The translations under genes were made by a program, and so were the position numbers. Below are positions 1 to 18,872 of a DNA stretch of 64,000 bases, piece by piece. The stretch spans positions 372,001-436,000 of the forward strand of contig OZ218965.1 of the NCBI GenBank assembly GCA_965112735.1, given 5' to 3'. The notes below the pieces were generated by a model. That model searched no databases. It was not told the origin of the DNA and saw only the letters and a list, made by a program, of their open reading frames with translations. Every line of letters starts with the position of its first letter. Position 1 is the first letter of the stretch. This stretch comes from Phaeosaccion multiseriatum. Lineage: Eukaryota; Protista; Ochrophyta, other classes.

Positions 1-137
1 CTTTAGTTTGCAGCCACACGGAGGTGCCTGCCCTTGCTTGTGCGCTGCGGAAAGGAAAGGCGGGCTAACTTCTCACTGTTTGTCGCTGGTTGGTCGGCTG
101 GTCGATCGGTCGGTCCATCCCGTTCGTGATTCATTAG

Positions 138-389
138 GTGGAGCGCATCAAGAGCCTGGCGGGCTGCACGCTGGTGGGGGCGGCGGGAGAGATGAGCGAC
201 TTCCAGGCCATTATGGAAATCCTGGAGGAGGAGCACCAACAGGACCTCAACATGGTGCGTGGTGGGGAGTGAAGAAGCGGGTCAATGAAGTGGATGAAGC
301 GGAGTCAGTCACCAGGGGCGGGACTCTTGCCTAACCCCAAGCCGCTCTCTGCTCTGCCCGTGTGTGTGTATATATGTGTGTGTGTGTGT

Positions 390-437
<48 letters not shown>

Positions 438-1291
438 TTGTGTGTGTGTGTGTGCGTGCGTGCGTGTGTGCAGGACGACGGCTTCACCCGCAGCGCCTGT
501 GAGGTGCACTCCTTCCTCCGCGCCACCATGTACGCGCGCCGCAACAAGTTCAACCCGCTGTGGAACTACCTACTGGTGGGCGGCTTCAAAGACGGCCAGG
601 CCTTCCTCGGCAGCGTGGACCACATTGGTGAGAGGGTAGGGGGGCCTCCTGCCTGATTGCCTGCTTGCCTTGCTGGCCTGCTTCCTGCTCGCCTGCTTTC
701 CTGCTTGCCTGTTGGCCTGCTTCCTGCTTGCCTGCTTTCCTGCTTTCGTACCGTGTCGGCCTCTTGATCGTCGAGTGCCGCCCCCCTCGACTCGCTCCTG
801 TGCCTTGCTGCCTTGTATGCGTAGGGACGGCGTACGAAGACAACTTTCTCGCAACGGGGTTCGGCGCACACCTCGCCATTCCCCTCATGCGCAAGAGATG
901 GCATAAGGACATGGAGGAGGGAGAGGCTCGGGCGCTGCTGGAGGACTGCCTTCGAGTGCTGTTTTACAGGTCAGCGGGTGGGGGGTGAAGGCGGAGGGAG
1001 TGAGTGAGGCGGGGAAGGGGGCGGCTTTTTTTACTTTTGTCTTTGTTCTTGTTTGCTTGCTTGCTTGCTTGTTTGTTTGCTTGCCGCCACCGCCATTCAC
1101 TCTGGGCGCTCCTCGCTTGTGTGCGTCTCCTCTCCCCTTGCAGGGACTGCCGGGCGCTCAATCGAGTGCAGATCGCCAAGGCAACTGCAGAGGGTACGCT
1201 GGTGAGCGAGCCTTTCACCCTCACCACTTCGTGGAGCCTCGCGTCCTTCCAGAAGAGTAAAGCAGGCCAGGACACAGATGGCAGCTGGTAG
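138..1291 (+). CDS. PSMB4: 20S proteasome subunit beta-7 (PSMB4/PRE4 type), 5'-truncated by window
   Basis: GT-AG exons 138-254, 474-627, 825-969, 1144-1291 join to VERIKSL..GEMSDFQAI..MYARRNKFNPLWN..GSVDHIGTAYEDNFLATGFGAHLAIPLMR..LEDCLRVLFYRDCRALNR, diagnostic of beta7. Confidence 0.95.
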
Positions 1292-2466
1292 AGAGAGTAG
1301 ACAGGCAGGCAGGCAGGCAGGCAGACAGGCAGTCAGGCAGGTGTATGTGCAGTTGTGGAGTGGCCCGGTGGTCCCGGTCCTTTTCTCCAGTGCAAGTTGA
1401 GCTGACATTAACCAATATCGATCCCATTTATCAGTATCGATCCCATATTATCAACATCGATATATTATTATGGGCAGGGCTCTGCGCTTTTTTTGCGATG
1501 ATGCCAGAAGAGTGAAGAGTTTATCCCTGGGTTACAGCTCTGAAGGACGTAAGAGTATTCGAGGTTCTGATGGCTTTATTGCTTCTTTGTGCCTCCCTTG
1601 CCTATGGCTACTCTGGACGATGAGCAGCAAGTCATACGCACCTCTGGAAAGTGGAAAGAGGGGGGGGGGGGGGGGATATATTTATTGACTTTTCCCTTCC
1701 CTCTGGTGAGGATATACTGCTTGACTTAATAGGAGTCACCCACTGGTGAGCCAGAGGCCCTGCTCGCAGGAGCTGCAGACGTGGAGAGGACGGAGGGAGA
1801 TGTGACGGGGGTGGGGAGTGGACGATGGGCCGAGAGTGTCATTGACGTCATGAGCAAAGGGGGAGACGAAGACAGTCGGTCGGTGCCGGAGGCAATGAAG
1901 AGAGAAGAAGGAGAGACCAAGCAATCGGACGAAGGAGACAGAGGGCAAGAGGAGGACGACGACGTGACGTGGCACTAGTCTGTGGGTGCCAAGCTTCGAG
2001 CGGGCAGAGCGCGAAACCCCCACAGGAGGGACGGGGATTGGGGGTCGTACGTAACTTTACGTAACTTTCTAATATCAATGCTGCGTTGTGCTCGTAATAT
2101 GCAGGGCCAGAACAAGACAGAAAGGCAAGGGAGGCGCAAGCAGTGGCTACAAAATCTCACGGGGGGGGTCAGCAGGGGCAGGGGTTATAGGGGCTTGTCT
2201 TTGCTGGCCCGTATGCTTGCGTCATGCGTTTCATTTTCTTTTCCGAATTTCTCAACTGTGTCGGCACCGGCTCGTACTTCCGTTTTGGAGTCTTAATCGT
2301 GTATTAAAGCGGTGCGGCGGCGACAGTCCTTTTATCGAGCAATCTGACAGGAGCAGCGGCAGCAGCAGCAGCGGCAGCAGTAGTAGCTAGTCCATGCGTG
2401 AATGAGGCGGCTCTGTTGGTTGACCCCCCCGACCTCTTCATCCTTCGTGGCTACAATTGCTGCAGC

Positions 2467-8789
<6,323 letters not shown>

Positions 8790-8981
8790 CGTTACACAAA
8801 GTAGACGATATAAAGTAGAGCAGTGACTTACGTATAAGAGATTAGTGATTGATTTCATTCAGGGCTATTGTATTGAAGTAGCACATTTGTTCACTTGCTC
8901 GTCTTTGACTGTTGTTGTACATTCTGCCGCCCGCCGCTGCCCAGGCCCAGCCCCAATGGTCAGCACATGGTAACATTGCTA

Positions 8982-9453
8982 TCATGCCGAGGCCTGCTTC
9001 TTCTTTGTTAAGTTCACGGTCTCTCTCTTGAGCACGTGCAGCAGCGTCTGGCTGGACTCGAGGATCTTCATGTACGCTGCTTCTGTCTCTTGAATGGTGC
9101 GGTCGTATTCGTTCCGCGCCTGCGCCTTGCGAGCCAGGGCCTCGTTGATCTTGCTCAATCGGTCGGTGAGCACGCTCAAGTCCTGGGGAGGGGGGAGGAA
9201 AGAGGAAGGGCAGGGGGGGGGTGTCAGTGTGTTACGGGCCGCTCTCAGGCTGACAAGCCGGTATTGATGGACGGACGAGGCGGTAGTTCAGTCCTGCGAA
9301 CGGAACCAAGGCCCGCACCTTTTGAATCTTGGCCTTGTCCTCCTCGTCCTTTAGGATTTGTCTGTTCACCTCCTCCCTCTTCTCCCGCAAGTCCTCAATG
9401 CACTTGACAAGCTCGTTGTTGTAGTTCTGCAACGTTGCTCCCTGTTGCGCCAT
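8982..9453 (-). CDS. SSNA1: SSNA1/NA14/DIP13 centriole/flagellar coiled-coil protein, 2 exons
   Basis: [37 protein letters not shown]|[49 protein letters not shown] matches the family consensus. Confidence 0.96.
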
Positions 9454-9734
9454 GCTGCTCTGCTGCTGCTGCTGCTGCCTCCTCCTCCTCCCTGCCGCTG
9501 GTCCTTCCTCGCCTCACACAATAGCCCTGTGTCTACGCTGCTTGGTGGCACTGCTGCTGCTACTACTGCTGCTGCTGGGATGCACTGAAAGGCCTGAGAA
9601 GTTTGGGTCGACGTGGAGGAGGTGGATGTAAGGGGGTTGGATGTACTTTCCCATCACTCTCCACGACGACGCACCCTCACCTTCCACTACACCTCTCCTG
9701 CCCGTCAAAGCTTACGCTATCACGACCATGCTTC

Positions 9735-9775
<41 letters not shown>

Positions 9776-10198
9776 ACAATCCTTGCCTGGCCACACCTGC
9801 AGAGCAGCGAGGCATTGCAAGAGAGAGGCAGCGAGGCATGGTTAGAAAGACGGAGAGTAGGGAAGGCGAGGCGATGCAGGACGGGGGCAAGCCCACCAGC
9901 AGCAGGGGGGGGGGGGTAACAACAACACATAAGAACACCTACCACTGCTGCCGCTGTTGAGATGCTCTGCTCGTTGATGGTGCTACGGTGGTTTGATTTG
10001 GGATGGAACGGCCGAGGCGTTTCCGTGCTGGCATGACCTACCCCCAAACTGTTACTGGACAACTTTTCAACTTTGCTGCTTTTGGTACTATAGACCAGAG
10101 GACTTCCCCTTTCTCCTACTCCTTCCCGTCACCCCCCCCCCTCCTCCTCCTCGTCCTCGTCCTCCCCCTTGCTCTCCTCCTCCTGGCTAGGCTGCATC

Positions 10199-13040
10199 AT
10201 GAAGCTGGAGGTCTGCTCCAACTCCAGCGTGCACAAGGAGCTGTGTACAGCAGTGGGGTGGACGTCTGACAATGAGTGCTACAGCTTCTCCGATGACCAG
10301 ACCATCCAAAAGTGGGACAGAGAAGGAGAGCCTGCAGCCAAAGTGGCGGTGAGTGAGTGGGGCGGGTTATGATTACCTTGTTGGCGACGTGCCGCCTTCG
10401 GAAGCTCATGGATTCGCTCATGAGTAAGCAACCGCCCCACCACCGATGCTGCGCAGAAAATCGAGGCGTACGCCACGTGCATGTCGTGGGTTCCTACCAT
10501 CGGCAGTCAGAGCAGCGAGTCCTTCGCGATGGGCTGCAGTGACGGAGGGCTTCGTCTGTTCAGCAAGGCGGGAAGGGAGGAGAAGAAGGTGGAGGCCCAC
10601 AACCCCGCGGCGTGCACCAAGGTGAGGAGGAGTGTTCTGTCTGTCAAATTTCCGTGTCCTGCACTCCCCCAAGTAGCTAGCGAGAGCGCAGCGCCATAAG
10701 GATTGGGCCCTTTACTGAGCGAGGAACACACTATCCCGGTGTTCTCATCTCCCATGTTCATGCTCCATGCTCCACTCCATGTTCACGCCCCATCTTCCAT
10801 ACAGGTGGCCTGGAGCTACGACGGCACTGCCCTGTGCACGTGCGGAGAGGATGGCAAGGTCAAGGTGTGGTCCAGGAGTGGGAATCTACGCAGGTGAGAG
10901 TGGAGGGGAGAGGTGGAGAGAGGGGGGGGGGGCGGAGAGAGGAGGGGGGGGGGGCGGAGAGGGAGGGGGGGGGGGGCGGAGAGGAGATAAAATGAGAGAG
11001 AAGAGAGAGAAGAGAGAGAAGAGAGGGGGAGAAGGGCGATAGAAGAGGGGGGGGGGGGGAGAAGAAAGGGAACGACAGAAGATAGAAAAGATGCGAGAGA
11101 GACAAGAGAGACTGAGAGAGAAGAGACTCGGCAGGAGAGAAGAGAGTGAGGGCCGTGTCCATCCTCCGGGTCCTCCCGCCACCCTCCCTCCCTGCGCCGT
11201 TGCTGACTACCTCTCTTGCCGTCTGCTGCCATCTGCCGCCATCTCCATCTGTCTCCCATCTTGGCTGGGCCCCCCTGGGATCGTGTACATCTTAGCACTC
11301 TTCTTGAGGCCGGGCGGTGCGTGTATACGTGTGCGTGGTCACCCGACAACGAAGCCGTGCTGCTGGGGGTGGGCAAGGACCTCTTAGTCAAGGGCGTGCA
11401 GGCAGGCAAGTGGAGGAGGAGGAGGCGGGCGGAGGGGGGGCAGTCGCCTTTCTCCCCCCCCCCGCCAGGCCAGGCAATGGATGGCAATGGATGGCAATGG
11501 ATGGCAATGGATAGCACTGCCGTCGCCCTCCCCGCCAGGCCAGGCACTGGATGGCACTGGATGGCACTGGCCGGTCACAGGTGGTCCCAGGCATGCTGAC
11601 GCCCTGTGTTGTTGATCTTTGTTGCTGCTGTGTTGCTGCTGTGTTGCTGCTGTGTTGCTGCTGTATCACCAACTGCTGTGTGGGATCGGATGGGGGGGGG
11701 GCTGCAGGCAAGAAGCAGCTGCAGTGGGCAGCGCATGAGGGGCTGATCCTTGCCGTGGACTGGAACATCGTCAACAATCTCATCGTGTCAGGCTCAGAGG
11801 TGAGGAGGAGGAGGAGGAGGAGGAGGAGGAGGAGGAGGAGGAGGAGTCTGGTTGGTGTGTATATGTCCACAGGCAACAGACAACCAACTGCTGCACATGG
11901 ATTGATATCTATGACGTATCGATTCGTCGGGTCACAGGCAACAGACAACCAACTGCATCACATGGATTGATATCTATGACTTATCGATTCCTCGGGTTGC
12001 TACTCTGGAACTGTGCTTATTCGCTCTCGAAAACCCGTTAAAGAACTCTACTTAATCGCTCTCGAAAACCCGTTACAGAACTGTGCTTAATCGCTCTCGA
12101 AAACCCGTTACAGAACTGTGCTTATTCGCTCTCGAAAACCCGTTACAGAACTGTGCTTAATCGCTCTCGAAAAACCCGTTACAGAACTGTACTTAATCGC
12201 TCTCGAAAACCCGTTACTGCCCCCCCCCCCCCCCCCCCAGGACTGCACCTTCAAGGTGTGGGACGCGTTCGGACGACAGCTGTACCACAGCAGCCCGTCC
12301 AGCCACGTCATCACCTCTATTAAGTGGTGCCCCAATGGAGAGGCCTTCGCAGTGGGCTCCTTCAACTTACTTAGGCTGTGTGACAAGACGGTGCGTTGTT
12401 GTTGTTGCTGTTGTGCTGTTGTTGTTGGTGTTTGTGGTCGTGTGTGTGTTGTCCTGAGCCTGTCGTCTCTCTTTTCCTCCTTCTCTCCTACGCCAGGTAG
12501 CCTCTTGTGTGTGTTGCTTCCCTCCTTGCTTTCGTCAGTCTGTCTCCTTTCCTTCCTTGTGCATCGTTGGCCCTGACAAGTGCCGCCCCCACTCCCGCTA
12601 CACCACTACTCACCACCACTACTCACCACTACTACTCACCACCACTACTCACCACCACTACTCACCACCACTACTCACCACCACTACTCACCACCACTAC
12701 TCACCACCACTACTCACCACCACTACTCACCACCACTACTCACCACCACTACTCACCACCACTACTCACCACCACTACTCACCACCACTACTCACCACCA
12801 CTACTCACCACCACTACTCACCACCACTACTCACCACCACTACTCATCACCACTACTCACCACCACTACTCACCACCACTCACCACCACTCACCACCACT
12901 ACTCACCACCACTCACCACCACTCACCACCACTACTCACCACCACTACTCACCACCACTACTCACCACCACTACTCACCACCACTACTCACCACCACTCT
13001 CCTTCCCGCGCCCCACATCCGCAACCCACAACAACAACCC

Positions 13041-13134
<94 letters not shown>

Positions 13135-16100
13135 ACACACACACCTCCCAACAGGGCTGGAGCTACTGCCGCGAGCGCCCCCAGTGCGGAAGTGTGATGG
13201 ACATCTCCTGGACGTCGGACGGCACGCAGCTCGCAGGGGCGGGGGGCAACGGCACAGTCGTGTTCGGGCAACTTGTGAGGAGGGTGCTCGAGTGGGAACA
13301 GCTTGAGGCCGTGCTCGTGGACAGCCACAAAATACAAGTGCAGGTATGGAGGAAGGGAGGGAAGGAGGGAGAGAGGAGGGAGGGAGGGAGGGAGGGAGGG
13401 AGGGAGGGAGGGAGGGAGGGAGGGAGGGAAGAGGAGGGGGAGGGAGGGAGGGAAGAGGAGGGGGAGGGAGGGAGGGAGGGAGAGAGGGAGGGGGACTGAT
13501 TGGTATGGTAGTCAGACTCTGACTCACACAGATCTACGAAAACAGAAACTGAAACCGGAATTAGAAGTGACGCTTCAACCTCATGCTCACTATGCGTTGC
13601 GATGTCATGTGCAAACAACACACACACACGTGAAGGACGTTGGGGCGGACACCTCTGAGGAGCTGGACTTCTCAAGAGAGCGAGTGATAGAGATGGCGCT
13701 CGGCTACGGCCACCTCGTCGCTGCCACCGCCACTCAGTGCTTCATCTACAATGCGGACAATTGGAATACGCCGCACATCTTCGACCTCAGAGGCACTGTG
13801 GGCCTCCTCGTGCTGGCGGAGAGCCACTTCCTCACACTGGACAATCTGCAGGGAGTGCAAGTGTGGTCGTATGAAGGTCGCCAAGTGTCGAATCCGAGGT
13901 TCCAGAACTTGAGGCCGGAGTTCTTGAACAGCCACACCATCAGCCTGTCGAGGGACACGGTGGCTATATTGAGTCGGGCGGATTGCAAGACGGTCCATAT
14001 ATGCGATGTGCAGACGGGGAGGGCCATGCAGGAGGCGACGGTTACACACGACTGTGAGGTGTTAGAGATTCACTTGAATCAGTTCGGGGCCACGCTGGCG
14101 GATCGGCGGCTCGTGTTCATCGACTGCAATAGAGACATGTGGATCTGCAGCTGCGACGGAAACAAGACCACCCCTAAGCACAAGTTGTACACACAGGTAC
14201 GGAGGAGGAGGTGGGAGAGCAAGCTTTGTTCCTTCCTCTTTCGTTTGGTGTTGGCCTCCCTCCCTTCTTGACTGACTGACTGACTGACTGACTCTCTTCT
14301 TGTGATGTGCAGGTGGACTCGTGCAAGTGGAACGATTCGAGCGATATGCTCGTGGCCATTGCAGACGGCCGCCTCGTGACCTGGTACTACCCCAACGCCT
14401 TCACAGTGGACAGGGACCTCCTCTCACTCGCCAGCACCACAAGGGACGCCGCCTCCTTTGGCAAGATGCCCCGCATCAAGTCCTTCTTCTCCAACAAAGT
14501 AAGTGCGTGGGTGAGTGGATGGGTGGGTGGGTGGGTGGATGGACGGATGGGTGGGTGGGTGGATGGGTGGGTGGATGAGTGGGTGGGTGAGTGGGTGGGT
14601 GAGTGGGTGGGTGGGTGAGTGGGTGGATGGGTGGGTGGGTGGGTGGATGGATGGGTGGATGGGTGGATGGACGGATGGGTGGGTGGGTGGGTGGATGGAC
14701 GGATGGGTGGGTGGGTGGGTGGGTGGGTGGGTGTGCGGGTTGGTCAGTAGATGGGTGGGTGGATGAGTGCGAATGGGTGGGTTGGTGGGTGAGTGGGTGG
14801 GTGGATGGGTGGATGGGTGGATGGGTGGGTGGGTGGATGGGTGGGAGGATGGATGGATGGGTGGGGTGGGTGGATGGGTTAGGTGGGTGAACAAAGGGCC
14901 ACAGGACATGAAGCCTCCCTTCCATCCTTTCTCCGTTGTCCTTCCTCGAGCGAAGCGACACCCACATTGACCAACCTCCCCTTCCTTCCCCTCCCGTCTC
15001 ATCCCCCCCTGCCGTACCACCAACCGCTGCAGGTCACTGTACGCAAGGCCGACGGTGCCTTGCTCGTGTGGCCCGTCCCTGTGTACCCCGCGATGCTCTA
15101 CGAGTTCAGCGCCGCGGGGAGGTGGGAGCAGGCAGTGAGGCTGTGCAGGTGCGTGTGTGCGTGTGTGCGTGTGTGCGTGTGTGTGTGTACGTGTGTGCTT
15201 GTGCGTGTGTGTGCGTGTGTGCGTGTGTGCGTGTGTGCGTGTGTGCGTGTGTGTGTGTACGTGTGTGCTTGTGCGTGTGTGTGCGTGCGTGCGTGTGTGC
15301 GTGCGTGTGTGTGTTCTTTCCCTCCCCCGTCCCACCTCCCCCCCCCTTCTTACTCCAACTGACAGAGCTTCTCCTCCCTCCCGCATCTCATCAGGTTCCT
15401 CAAAAGTGAGCAGGTGTGGGCCTGTCTGGCTGGTATGGCGCTGCAGGGAAGGAACTTGGACGTGGCGGAGGAGGCAATGGCGGCGCTCAAGGTGAGTGAA
15501 CATATTGGGTAAGGGAGGAGAGAGGGCACAGAAACACACCAAGCCCTCCTCTCTTTGAGGGGTGCATCCGCCTCAACTCATTCACTCCATCCATCCCTCA
15601 CTCACTCACTCACTCACTCACTCAATCGCTCACTCACTCACTCACTCACTCACTCACTCGCTCACTCACTCACCCACTCACTCACTCACTCGCTCACGTC
15701 ACACACTCATCCACTCACTCGCTCACGTCACTAACTCGCTCACTCACTCGCTCACTCACTCCCTCTCCCGCCCCCCCTCTCCCCACTCCCTACTCCCTCG
15801 GTCGTCGCCAGGCTGTGGACAAGCTGGAGTACATCATGTACATCAAGGAGATCCCCTCGGAGGAGGCAAGGAACGCCGAACTTGCTCTGTATCGGCGCTG
15901 CCCCGAGGAGGCGGAGAGAGTTCTCCTGCAGGCAAGTCCGCCCCTCGTGTACAGGGCGGTCAAGATGAACATCAAGGTACGTCATGTTTCGTAAGGTTAC
16001 GTGACTTTACCTACGGTACCAAAGAGTGGCGAGAGGAGAGGAGAGGAGAGGGGAGAGACTCGCCGTCTGTCTATGTGTTTGGTGTATTTCTCTCTCTCTC

Positions 16101-16966
16101 TCTTTGTCCCTCTTGTCTCTTCTTACTCCCCTCTCTACTCTCTCTCCGTCTCTCTCTCCCTCTCCCTCTCCACCCCTCTCTCTCCCCGTTTTTCTCCCCC
16201 CTCTCCCCTCTCCCCTCTCCCCTCTCCTCTCTCCCCTCTCCCCTCTCCCCTCTCCCCTCTCCCCTCTCCCCTCTCCCCTCTCCCCTCTCCCCTCTCCCCT
16301 CTCCCCTCTCCCCGCCCCCCTCCCCCCTCTTCCCTCTTCCCTCTCCCCTCTCCCCTCTCCCCTCTCCCCTCTCCCCTCTCCCTTCTCCCCTCTCCCCTCT
16401 CCCCTCTCCCCTCTCCCCTCTCCCCTCTCCCCTCTCCCCTCTCCCCTCTCCCCTCTCCCCTCTCCCCTCTCCCCTCTCCCCTCTCCCCTCTCCCCTCTCC
16501 CCTCTCCCCTCTCCCCTCTCCCCTCTCCCCTCTCCCCTCTCCCCTCTCCCCTCTCCCCTCTCCCCTCTCCCCTCTCCCTTCTCCCCTCTCCCCTCTCCCC
16601 TCTCCCCTCTCCCCTCTCCCCTCTCCCCTCTCCCCTCTCCCCTCTTCCCTCTCCCCTCTCCCCTCTCCCCTCTCCCCTCTCGCTCTGCCTGCCTGTTGCG
16701 ATGCCCCACATCCTCAGCTCTTCCGCTGGAGTCGTGCACTGGACGTGGCTATTCAACACCGCAGCCACGTGGACACTGTCCTCGGCTACAGACAGCGCTT
16801 CCTTGAGCAGTTCGGGGGTAAGACTGAGACCGACGCACGCTTCATTCAATACAACGATCAGGTGCCGGTGGACTGGGAGGCCATCGAGGCGAAGGAGGAC
16901 AAGGAGGGGGAGGACGAGAGGGAGAGGGCAGGGGTGGGGGGAGGAGGCAGGGGGACGTACAAATAG
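10199..16966 (+). CDS. IFT80: Intraflagellar transport protein 80 (WD40 + TPR-like), about 13 exons
   Basis: [27 protein letters not shown]; [25 protein letters not shown]|[15 protein letters not shown]; [15 protein letters not shown]|GWSY; NWNTPHIFD; [12 protein letters not shown]; [10 protein letters not shown]; [16 protein letters not shown]. Confidence 0.96.
12008..12217 (+). repeat. 35-bp tandem repeat x6 (GAACTGTGCTTAATCGCTCTCGAAAACCCGTTACA) in IFT80 intron
   Basis: Contiguous copies with no spacers, ending about 22 nt before the acceptor at 12240. Confidence 0.95.
12600..13132 (+). repeat. 13-mer (CTCACCACCACTA)n array followed by (CAA)n in IFT80 intron
   Basis: Directly visible. Confidence 0.95.
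16200..16680 (+). repeat. (CCCCTCT)n heptamer array in last IFT80 intron
   Basis: Directly visible. Confidence 0.95.
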
Positions 16967-17465
16967 ATGAGATGCGCGTGGAGTGCACCAACATGCATAC
17001 TTGACAAGCCCCTGCCAGTGAGCGAAGCGACATTCATCAATAAAAAGGTACTTACTGCTTGGGGTTATATAATGTTATAATGCTTTTTCAATTAAAAAAA
17101 TGTACTACGTAGTACTTCGTAACTGTTACAATTCTGGACTGACTGACTGATTGCTTCCCGTCTCTGTCTCAGGGGTATATTCTACAACACTCCCGTTCCC
17201 TCTCTCCTCACGATTCGCTCCTATCCGTGCTCTTGGACATCGGTGGACGTTTCGGACGTTTCGGACGTTTCGGTCATTGAGGGGGCCTGACTATCGATCC
17301 AACGTCACGCAGTAGACAGACTATAATGCTGTGTCCTGATTCAATTGCTCGACCAAGCAGCTTGATCCAAGACCAAGGCCACATAGTTGTCCTTGCTTTC
17401 AGCTGCCATATCTGACCCTCCTTAGACTGCCATCTGACCCTCCTTAGACTGCCATCTGACTCTCC

Positions 17466-18841
17466 TCAGGCTGCCATGACGGCCTCCACCGGCACCTTCA
17501 TCTCCTCCCCTCCGTCTCCCCCCCCCCCCTCCTCCTCCTCCTCCTCCTTGTCAGTCCATCTGCCGTGCTCCTTGATGAGATCGATGAGTGCGTCGCACGC
17601 CACTTCGTTGGGGATGCCTCTCTGAACCACCTCCTTCTCTACGTACAGGTCCACCTGAGGGGGGATGGATGGATGGATGGATGGATGGATGGATGGATGG
17701 ATGGATGGCACAGTATGGCAAGGGATGGAGGGGGGGAGGGAGGGAGGGAGGGAGGGAGGGAGGGAGGAAGGGAGGGAGGGAGGGAGGGAGGGAGGGAGGG
17801 AGGAAGGGAGGGAGGGAGGAAGGGAGGGAGTTGAGTGAGTGTGGGTGTATGAGTGCGAGTGCGAGGAACAGAGAGCGGGGTCCCTTTCTTGTCTCTCTTG
17901 GAATGAATGAATGAATGAATGATTGACTTGCCCGTTCATAAAGCACAGCGACCCCACGGAACGGATACGCCACGAAAGAGAGGAAACACACACAAAACTC
18001 CTGTACCTACAGAAAGAAACAGAGAGCAAGAAACAGACGAATCACCAACGCCTGCACCTGTAGCGCACGTACCTTCCCGGGGGCTCCTCCCACATACCCA
18101 AAGTCGGCGTCGGCCATCTCCCCCACCCCGTTCACGATGCAGCCCATGATGGCGATGCTCACGCCGGGCAAGTGTCCGGTGCGGACCTGTATCTGCTGAG
18201 TCACCTCCTGCAGATCGAAGAGGGTGCGGCCGCAGGAGGGGCAAGAGACGTAGTCCGTCTGGGGGGGGGAGGGGGGGGGAGGAGGGGAGGGGGAGGGGGG
18301 GCAGGAGGGGGGGGGGAGGAGGGGCAGGAGGGGGGGGGGAGGAGGGGGGGGGGAGGAGGGGCAGGAGGGGGGGGGGAGGAGGGGCAGGAGGGGGGGGGGA
18401 GGAGGGGGGGAGAGAGGGGGTAGGAAGGGGGGGGAGAGGTGGAGGTGAGGAGAGGGAGGGGTGCATGGTGGTGGAGCAATGCACACGGAATACATGAAAC
18501 AGAGAGGGGCGAGCGAAGCATTCCACACACACATACACAACATACACTCCAGAGGACTAATTGGAGAGTAACTAAGTCTACATCACCCCCTTGAGGGCTG
18601 CAGAGCCAAGATGGGGTGGTGGGTGAGTGAGTGAGTGAGTGGGTTGGTGTGCTCTTCAAAGCGCGAGTGTGGAACACATATGAGAGAGAGCCGAAGCCAA
18701 AGAGAAAGAGAGACAAGAGTCAGATGCAGAGCCAAAGAGAAAGAGACAAGAGAGAAAGAGAGAAAGAGAGAAAGAGAGACAGAGAGCAAGAGAGACAGAG
18801 AGAAAGAGAGAGAGAGAAAGAGACAAGAGAGACAGAGAGAA

Positions 18842-18872
<31 letters not shown>

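Noticed and set aside
1414-1470. Short ATCGAT-containing triplicated motif after the proteasome gene
   Set aside because: Small local duplication in an AT-rich 3' region; no element boundaries.
1730-1978. Acidic ORF (..ERTEGDVTG..EEDDDVTWH*) after an AG, resembling a terminal exon
   Set aside because: No convincing upstream exon or family similarity; cannot be supported as a gene.
8962-8975. Half X-box-like CATGGTAAC near SSNA1
   Set aside because: It lies 3' of the gene, is incomplete, and RFX regulation is not established in stramenopiles.
12008-12217. 35-bp repeats resembling a CRISPR array (also the 59-mers at 50343-50748)
   Set aside because: Units are contiguous with no unique spacers, the context is eukaryotic intronic/intergenic, and there are no cas genes.
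17102-17115. Perfect 14-bp palindrome GTACTACGTAGTAC in the AT-rich gap between convergent IFT80 and ispG
   Set aside because: Single short occurrence with no evidence of function.
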